Shown here piece after piece: positions 26,105-32,000 of a DNA stretch of 32,000 bases. The stretch comes from Crocosphaera subtropica ATCC 51142 (GTDB lineage Bacteria > Cyanobacteriota > Cyanobacteriia > Cyanobacteriales > Microcystaceae): the NCBI RefSeq assembly GCF_000017845.1, contig NC_010546.1, positions 2,790,001-2,822,000 on the forward strand, in the 5' to 3' direction. The notes under the pieces are model-generated. The model was not told the origin of the DNA. It did not search any database and saw only the letters and a program-made list of their open reading frames with translations. Every line of letters begins with the position of its first letter. The first letter of the stretch is position 1. Made by a program: the position numbers and the translations under genes.

Positions 26105-27454
26105 TTAATGAATTAAAGATTGACGTAATTTTTCTAACGGTTCAGAAATATTCACCTTAATGGGCGTTGGTTTAGTTATATTATGAGTTTCTGAAGGTAA
26201 ACTTTTTACGGAGGATTGAACCCGTTGAGCAATGGTTTCTAAAGATTCATTTTCTTTAATTGTTTTACCTTCTTTCATCATTAACTCTAATAAAGGGGTT
26301 TCTCCTGACTCAATGGCTTCATCTGCTAAGGCTAAGCGATCGCTTTTGATAATTCCGTGATCATAGCGACGAAATACCTGTTTTCGCCCCGGATAAGTCA
26401 TTTTATGGCTTGATTCTTTCATGGTCGGAATATCATCAATTTCTACTAATTTATAGACTCCATTGACCGGTTTTCCCGTCACTAAACGAGTTCCCACGCC
26501 ATAACCATCGATACTAGCGTTTTCTTTTCGCAACCGTTGCAACTCCCATTCATCAATATCTCCACTGGCCACAATTTTCACATGGGGAAGTAGCGATCGC
26601 ACTTTTTTGGACAAGGCCCCTAAATCTCCAGAGTCCAAACGAACCCCTTTTACCTCTGCTTCTCCTGCCTCCATTTTTTGGGCTAACCGTTCGGCAGCAG
26701 CTACAGTATCGTAGGTATCAATTAATAAAGTTGCCCCTGGAAAGTAACGATTAAAAGCGGTAAATGCGTCATCTTCATTCCCTGATAAGGCGGTAAAGGC
26801 CATAACCAACGCATGGGCCATGGTTCCACGGGGTTGCTGATTCAATTCTTTAGCAGCTAAGACATTAGAGGTGGCATCAAACCCGGCTGCTAAGGCTGCC
26901 CTCGCTGCCCACATTGCCCCTTGAGGACTAAATGCACGTCTTGTACCGAATTCTAACAAAACAGGGTTTTCCCCTGCCATATCACGCATTCTCGCTGCTC
27001 TAGTGGCGATTAAGGTTTGATAGTTAATAATGTTTAATAGGTAGGTTTCGACGATTTGCGCTTGCCATAACGGGGCTTCAACTCGCAATAAAGGTTCATT
27101 GGCAAAGATAGCGGTTCCTTCAGGAACTGCCCATACATCCCCTGTAAAGTCTTGATTTTCTAACAATGACCAGAAATTAGAGCTAACATGGTCAAAAATT
27201 CCTGTATTTTTCAAGTAATCTATCTGTTCTGGGGTAAAACGTAAGTTTTCTAGATAGTTTAACCCTTGGGTGAGTCCCATAGCGATAAGATAACCAAAGT
27301 TATCGGGTAAACTTCGCACAAATAGTTCAAAACTGGCTCTTTTTTCAGCGATGCCTTCCCCTGCATAACAAGCGGCCATGGTTAACTGATACAAGTCTGT
27401 CAGCAAACTACTGTCTTGAGGGGATGGGGTTAAACTAGTATTGAGAGTTAACAT
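26105..27454 (-). CDS. pncB: Nicotinate phosphoribosyltransferase
   Basis: 449 aa. TDLYQLTMA at the N-terminus, then FGTRRA and GTMAHA, with GVGT near the C-terminal part. It is the first gene of the operon. Confidence 0.85.
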   Translation of the reverse strand: MLTLNTSLTPSPQDSSLLTDLYQLTMAACYAGEGIAEKRASFELFVRSLPDNFGYLIAMGLTQGLNYLENLRFTPEQIDYLKNTGIFDHVSSNFWSLLENQDFTGDVWAVPEGTAIFANEPLLRVEAPLWQAQIVETYLLNIINYQTLIATRAARMRDMAGENPVLLEFGTRRAFSPQGAMWAARAALAAGFDATSNVLAAKELNQQPRGTMAHALVMAFTALSGNEDDAFTAFNRYFPGATLLIDTYDTVAAAERLAQKMEAGEAEVKGVRLDSGDLGALSKKVRSLLPHVKIVASGDIDEWELQRLRKENASIDGYGVGTRLVTGKPVNGVYKLVEIDDIPTMKESSHKMTYPGRKQVFRRYDHGIIKSDRLALADEAIESGETPLLELMMKEGKTIKENESLETIAQRVQSSVKSLPSETHNITKPTPIKVNISEPLEKLRQSLIH

Positions 27455-27481
27455 ATGTAAAAATCTTGTATCTGTGATTTA

Positions 27482-27510
27482 ATTATAGTAACTTTTACCA
27501 AAAATGTCAT
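27482..27510 (-). promoter_or_regulatory. Sigma-70-type promoter of the pncB-nadD-nrtR-nadE operon
   Basis: On the minus strand: ATGACA (27505-27510), an exact 17-nt spacer, then TATAAT (27482-27487). This leaves a leader of about 20 nt before ATG 27454. The spacer contains the imperfect palindrome TGGTAAAAGTTACTA. Confidence 0.5.
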
Positions 27511-27806
27511 CTATATCTTGCTACTTCGATGTAGTTAGGGAGTTTGTTAGGGTTCAGCCATCAGCTATTTTCATCTAACACTGAATACCGAATGCTTTTT
27601 ATCACAAATGCCTAGAAAATCAATTAGATTGTCTTGATCCCTATTATGTAAAGTTTAATTGCAAATTCTAAGGTTTATAAACGTAAAATGTTAAATTAAA
27701 AATGAAGCTAATAAATAAAGCTTCCCTGGCAGATCAACTAGCAAGGTAAAACAACAAGTTCAAAGGAGAACACCCTGTACCAGTTCATGTCTGTCTCGTT
27801 AACTCT

Positions 27807-27957
27807 CAATAACAGCAACCAAGCTAGAGGCTTATATTTCCTTAAGTCAAACGAAGAGAGCAAGGCAACTGAAATCTACGGATTCAGTGCAACTCTAGGG
27901 AATATCAACGAAAGTGGGGAAAATTCTAAGGGACTAGCAACCTGGTTGCTGTTGTTG
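27807..27957 (+). other. Structured element closed by a 15-bp helix; candidate ncRNA, leader structure or MITE. It coincides with a 58-codon ORF at 27787-27963.
   Basis: 27807-27821 CAATAACAGCAACCA pairs with 27943-27957 TGGTTGCTGTTGTTG (14 Watson-Crick pairs plus 1 G.U that works only on the plus strand). An inner helix joins 27823-27827 and 27934-27938. A hairpin at 27865-27890 is capped by C(UACG)G. The element is GC-richer than the flanking AT-rich spacer. Confidence 0.4.
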
Positions 27958-27962
27958 TTATG

Positions 27963-27997
27963 AATAATTAATAATTAAGAAGTAATAATTAATAATT
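27963..27997. repeat. AT-rich tandem heptamer repeat
   Basis: AATAATT AATAATT AAGAAGT AATAATT AATAATT, starting immediately after the structured element. Confidence 0.6.
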
Positions 27998-28102
27998 GAT
28001 CAGGCAAAATAGATAATGACTTATGCTGTAGGAAAAGGCCATAAGTGCCGAAGAAACTTGGTCTTATTTGGCAGTAAAGTCGGATCTGTGAAATGGTGAA
28101 TT

Positions 28103-29374
28103 ATGAAAATTCAGTTAACAAGTGCCTTAAACGATAGTCATATTGATGCTAATCAAAGCAACACCCAGAGACAAGTTGCCATATCCCTTTCTGCCGTCAC
28201 CGAAAGCAGCGCACCGCAAAGCAGATCTCTTCGAGATCGCACGTTACCCTTAAACTTAGGGTTAATTTTAGATCATAGTGGATCAATGACAGGGAAACCC
28301 ATCAAAACCGTCAAAGAAGCAGCTATGCGCTTAGTAGATGGGTTAGGAGCAAGCGATCGCTTGTCTGTGGTAGCCTTCGATCATCGGGCAAAAGTCATTG
28401 TTCCCAACCAACCCGTTGATGACATCGAAAGAGTCAAACAAGCGATCGAACGTCTCAAACCAGAAGGGGGAACCTCCATTGACGAAGGGATGAAGCTAGG
28501 GATCAAAGAAGTCGCTTTAGGCAAAGATGATCGTGTTTCTCAAATCTTTTTGTTAACCGATGGAGAAAACGAACACGGGGACAACGAACGCTGTTTAAAA
28601 TTAGCCCAAGTAGCCGCAGAATACAATATTACCGTCAATACCCTAGGATTTGGTAACCATTGGAATCAAGATGTTTTAGAAAGCATCGCTGATGCAGTGG
28701 GAGGAACCCTCTGTTACATTGAACAACCCGAACAAGCGTTAACAGAGTTCAGTCGTCTGTTTACCCGTATTCAGTCTGTAGGGTTAACCAATGCTTATCT
28801 GTGTTTAGAATTTATTCCAGAAGTGCGTTTAGCAGAGTTTAAACCCGTTGCTCAAGTGGAACCGGAAACCGTAGAATTAAACCCCCAACAGGAAGGAAAT
28901 AGTTATATCGTGCGTCTGGGAGATTTAATGACCGATAACCCACGGGTGATACTGGTTAACCTTTATTTAAGTCAGTTATCCCCAGGAAATCAGACTATCG
29001 GCACTGTGCAAGTTCGTTATGATGATCCTGCCATTTCTCAAACCGCTTTATTGTCCGAGAAAATTCCTTTAACTGTAGAAGTTCAAGGGGTATACGAACC
29101 CAAAGTGGATAGTAACGTACAGAAATCCATTTTAACCTTAGCCAAATATCGTCAAACCCAGTTAGCCGAAGCCAAACTCAATCAAGGCGATCGCCAAGGG
29201 GCCGCCACCCTACTACAAACCGCAGCTAAAACCGCCCTCCAATTAGGCGATCAAAATGCGGCCACCGTTTTGCAAAGCAACGCCACTCAGTTACAAGCAG
29301 GGGAAGAACTCACCGAAGCACAACGTAAGAAAACCCGTATTGTGTCTAAGACTGTTTTGCAAAGTGACGAATAA
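28103..29374 (+). CDS. von Willebrand factor A (vWA) domain protein with intact MIDAS and a helical C-terminal region
   Basis: MIDAS DxSxS in LGLILDHSGSMTG, plus GGTSIDEG and FLLTDGENEHGD. A beta-rich middle region is followed by an Ala/Gln-rich helical C-terminus. No TROVE-like N-terminal domain. Confidence 0.85.
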   Translation: MKIQLTSALNDSHIDANQSNTQRQVAISLSAVTESSAPQSRSLRDRTLPLNLGLILDHSGSMTGKPIKTVKEAAMRLVDGLGASDRLSVVAFDHRAKVIVPNQPVDDIERVKQAIERLKPEGGTSIDEGMKLGIKEVALGKDDRVSQIFLLTDGENEHGDNERCLKLAQVAAEYNITVNTLGFGNHWNQDVLESIADAVGGTLCYIEQPEQALTEFSRLFTRIQSVGLTNAYLCLEFIPEVRLAEFKPVAQVEPETVELNPQQEGNSYIVRLGDLMTDNPRVILVNLYLSQLSPGNQTIGTVQVRYDDPAISQTALLSEKIPLTVEVQGVYEPKVDSNVQKSILTLAKYRQTQLAEAKLNQGDRQGAATLLQTAAKTALQLGDQNAATVLQSNATQLQAGEELTEAQRKKTRIVSKTVLQSDE

Positions 29375-29452
29375 TTAATAGGGAACAGGAAATAGAATTT
29401 TTTGAGTATTATGTAGTATAATTGTAGTGTATTGCTTTTACAGTAAAAATCT

Positions 29453-31858
29453 ATGCCTTACGAACCTTTAAAAATTAGGACAGAAAAACCCGTATTATCT
29501 TGGGCTGATCATGAGTTAGGATCGGCTGAAATAAAGATGGCCAAAAATGTGGCTTCTCTCCCGTTTGTTTATAAGCACGTTGCTTTAATGCCCGATGTCC
29601 ACTTAGGAAAAGGGGCGTTAGTCGGGTCAGTTATTGCCACAGAAGATGCAGTGATTCCGGCTGCTGTGGGGGTGGATATTGGTTGCGGGATGGCTGCTAT
29701 TAAAACCCCTTATAAAGCTGAGCAATTAGAAGGAAAATTAAAACAAATTCGTTCAGAAATTGAAGCCACCATTCCTGTGGGTTTTGATGAGAATAAAGAA
29801 GCGGATAAAACCGTTACCAATTGGCAAAATTGGCGTGATTTTAAAGACTTACATAAAGGCGTACAAAAGTTAGAATCTAAAGCCTTAAAACAAATGGGAT
29901 CATTAGGAGGCGGTAATCATTTTATTGAGGTTTGTTTAGACACAGAAGACCAAATTTGGTTAATGTTACATTCCGGTTCTCGTCATATTGGCAATAAGTT
30001 GGCACAATGTCATATTGGTACAGCGAAAGAGTTGGCTAAGTTAGCCAGTCTTTCCTTACCTGATCCAGATTTAGCTTATTTTGTAGCAGGAACCGATGAA
30101 TTTGTTGCGTATTGGCATGACTTACAATGGGCGCAAAACTATGCCCGTTTTAACCGAGATGTTATGATGCAACGGTTTAAACAAATTATTGATAAATATT
30201 TAGCAGGAGGGAAACCAAATAAACCCTTATTATCGGTAAATTGTCATCACAATTATGCCGAAAAAGAGTTACATTTTGGTCAAGAAGTATATGTAACCCG
30301 TAAGGGTGCAGTGAGAGCAAGAGAAGAAGATTATGGCATTATTCCTGGTTCAATGGGAGCAAAATCTTACATTGTCAAAGGAAAAGGAAACCATGATAGT
30401 TATTGTTCCTGTTTTCCTGCAAAAACATTAATTTTAACAGATCAAGGATTGATGAACATTGAAGATGTTTTTAACTCATCAACGGCTGTTAAATTGATTT
30501 CCTATGACCAAGAATCTCAAACATTTATCCCTAAGAAAATTATTGATAAAAGTGTCCGAAATGCCTTGGTTAATCAATATTCTCTATCTCAAACGAGAAG
30601 ACGTTTAGAAAATACAATTTGTTGTACACCAGATCATCCTTTTGCTACTTACAACCGAGGTGAATTAGTTTATGATTCTATCGAAAGAATTGCTAATAAT
30701 CAGAGTGGAGTTATTATTCCAACCCAAATTTCTTTACCTTCAAACTTAAGTTTTGAAGAACAAGATCAGAATTTTTATTATCTGTTGGGACTTATTTTAT
30801 CTGATGGAACCATTCATCTCAATAAAAGAGCAAATGCACCAGATACGAATCAACGGCCACGAGAAGGAAAATATCTACAATCTTATATCCATATTTTCCA
30901 AGCCAATAAACCAGAAAAAAAAGAGTTTATCAATCATATAGAAACCTTACTAAAAATTTATAGTGACAAGGTTTCTATAAGAATTATTTCCCCAGAAAAG
31001 AGTGATGTACAAGATCAGATAATTGCAGAAAAAGGTTGGATTGAGTTAACAATTAGTGACTTAGATTTTGTTAATAGAGTTAATAAGACTCTCTCCAATT
31101 TATCTAATATTTTGTTAACTAATCCTTGGTTGGCATTACACTTTTTAGCCGGTTATTTAGATGGAGATGGTAGTTATAACCGTTATACTATTTCTATCAG
31201 TGTTGTTAAACGTGAGATATTTTCTCCATTAGTCTGTATTTTTTTGAGTCTGGGAGTTGCTTATAAGGTTTATCGAAATCGTGATCATTATGTTATTGAA
31301 TTTAGAGATAATGTCATCATTAACAAATTGCGTGAAATTTGTAAAAGATTACAGATTCAAGAGCTATCAAAACGCTTTTATTCTGATCGACTCTTATTGG
31401 CAAAAACCATGATAGACGGTGAGTCAAAATGTGAGAATCTAACCACAATGGCTAAACAAGAAAAAATGGTGAGTGTTCATAAGTTTGAGGGACAATTAGA
31501 TAAAACCTTAGCTATGAATCGAGTTTTTGATCTTGAGACGGTTGGGAAAACTAGAGTTTATAATTTTACCGTTGAAGACAATCATAATTATATTGTTTTT
31601 ACCGACTTTTATACCCCCGTCTTAGTCCATAATTGTTCCCACGGTGCTGGCCGTTTAATGTCTCGAACTCAAGCTAAAAAACAATTTACCCTTGATGATT
31701 TAATTAGCCAAACTGAAGGGGTAGAATGTCGTAAAGATCGAGGAGTATTAGATGAAATTCCCGGTGCGTATAAACCCATTGAAACAGTCATCAATCAACA
31801 ATCAGATTTAGTGGAAGTTGTAGCGACTTTAAAACAGGTTTTATGTGTGAAAGGGTAA
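29453..31858 (+). CDS. rtcB: RNA-splicing ligase RtcB (3'-phosphate/5'-hydroxyl RNA ligase) precursor containing an intein
   Basis: Extein motifs VGVDIGCGMAA, GGGNHFIE, LHSGSRHIG, CHHNY and CSHGAGR. The exteins sum to 393 aa, a normal RtcB size. A 408-aa insert is also present. Confidence 0.9.
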   Translation: MPYEPLKIRTEKPVLSWADHELGSAEIKMAKNVASLPFVYKHVALMPDVHLGKGALVGSVIATEDAVIPAAVGVDIGCGMAAIKTPYKAEQLEGKLKQIRSEIEATIPVGFDENKEADKTVTNWQNWRDFKDLHKGVQKLESKALKQMGSLGGGNHFIEVCLDTEDQIWLMLHSGSRHIGNKLAQCHIGTAKELAKLASLSLPDPDLAYFVAGTDEFVAYWHDLQWAQNYARFNRDVMMQRFKQIIDKYLAGGKPNKPLLSVNCHHNYAEKELHFGQEVYVTRKGAVRAREEDYGIIPGSMGAKSYIVKGKGNHDSYCSCFPAKTLILTDQGLMNIEDVFNSSTAVKLISYDQESQTFIPKKIIDKSVRNALVNQYSLSQTRRRLENTICCTPDHPFATYNRGELVYDSIERIANNQSGVIIPTQISLPSNLSFEEQDQNFYYLLGLILSDGTIHLNKRANAPDTNQRPREGKYLQSYIHIFQANKPEKKEFINHIETLLKIYSDKVSIRIISPEKSDVQDQIIAEKGWIELTISDLDFVNRVNKTLSNLSNILLTNPWLALHFLAGYLDGDGSYNRYTISISVVKREIFSPLVCIFLSLGVAYKVYRNRDHYVIEFRDNVIINKLREICKRLQIQELSKRFYSDRLLLAKTMIDGESKCENLTTMAKQEKMVSVHKFEGQLDKTLAMNRVFDLETVGKTRVYNFTVEDNHNYIVFTDFYTPVLVHNCSHGAGRLMSRTQAKKQFTLDDLISQTEGVECRKDRGVLDEIPGAYKPIETVINQQSDLVEVVATLKQVLCVKG
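30410..31633 (+). mobile_element. Intein with LAGLIDADG homing-endonuclease domain inside rtcB
   Basis: It starts at Cys (CFPAKTLILTDQG) and has block B TPDH. LAGLIDADG motifs are LLGLILSDG (30782-30808) and LAGYLDGDG (31145-31171). Block F/G is VYNFTVEDNHNY...VLVHN, followed by the +1 Cys of CSHGAGR. The insert is in frame with no stops. Confidence 0.85.
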
Positions 31859-31869
31859 TCATAACCTGA

Positions 31870-31897
31870 GTTCGGGGTTAGGAGTGAGGAGTTATAC
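31870..31897. repeat. STRR-like tandem heptamers downstream of rtcB
   Basis: AGTTCGG GGTTAGG AGTGAGG AGTTATA. This is the same family as 22961-22988. Confidence 0.45.
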
Positions 31898-32000
31898 TAG
31901 ATCCGTTTTAGATAGTATCGTATCAAGTCTCGAAGCAAGGAGAAGGGAGAAGGGACAAAAAAGTTACTCTACTAAAATAAGCGGATTTGGTGTAATACCA

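Noticed and set aside
27865-27890. Possible tRNA-like T-arm / Y-RNA module (GGATTCAGTGC) in the structured element
   Set aside because: The flanking bases do not form a 5-bp T-stem around a 7-nt TTCRANY loop. There is no D-arm or acceptor-like pairing. The hairpin is instead a simple UACG-capped stem.
27963-28019. Fur-box-like AT-rich hexamers (AATAAT repeats; GATAATGA at 28011-28018) upstream of the vWA gene
   Set aside because: The AATAATT units have strict 7-nt periodicity like the other STRR arrays. The resemblance to GATAATGATAATCATTATC is partial and expected in AT-rich DNA.
28016-28099. 27-codon upstream ORF (MTYAVGKGHKCRRNLVLFGSKVGSVKW) ending 3 nt before the vWA start, with hairpin ACTTATG/CATAAGT at 28019-28046
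   Set aside because: It is short and lacks an SD. It could be a regulatory uORF, but nothing distinguishes it from chance. It is mentioned only for completeness.
1-32000. Search for CRISPR arrays, tRNA/rRNA genes, transposases, reverse transcriptases and toxin-antitoxin pairs
   Set aside because: No spaced direct repeats of 25-40 nt were found. There is no GTTCGAATC-type T-arm in any spacer, no rRNA-like sequence, and no DDE/RT/integrase motif in any tracked ORF. The only mobile element seen is the intein.

Overview
This is a chromosomal segment from an AT-rich cyanobacterium. I counted 17 exact copies of the HIP1 octamer GCGATCGC, and there are several heptamer (STRR-like) tandem repeats and cyanobacteria-specific DUF genes. 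Gene content looks like a unicellular Cyanothece/Crocosphaera-type genome, but the species cannot be determined from sequence alone.

Most of the window is ordinary housekeeping or conserved-hypothetical sequence:
- a tocopherol/plastoquinone-type methyltransferase and an FAD monooxygenase
- an orphan MoxR ATPase
- a CPA1 antiporter with an RCK domain, and a two-RCK channel-like protein
- a TPR protein, a pilin-like protein, DoxX and an SDR
- the pyruvate dehydrogenase E2 subunit
- an FeS-type (6-4) photolyase
- a tight pncB-nadD-nrtR-nadE NAD salvage operon

The parts that deserve a second look are:
1. The 3' end of the window (27.8-31.9 kb). A GC-richer structured element coincides with a 58-codon ORF that falls below the ORF-track cutoff. 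It is followed by a vWA/MIDAS protein and an RtcB RNA ligase. The RtcB gene is split by a 408-aa LAGLIDADG intein two residues before its catalytic His.
2. A GIY-YIG nuclease gene broken by two in-frame TAA codons. The first TAA sits where the catalytic Glu should be.
3. An internally deleted Uma2 nuclease remnant.
4. Two untracked small ORFs and a locally repeated 11-mer upstream of the antiporter.

I saw no rRNA, tRNA, CRISPR array, transposase or recognisable defence operon. All family assignments rest on motifs read by eye and on remembered family signatures; no database search was run.
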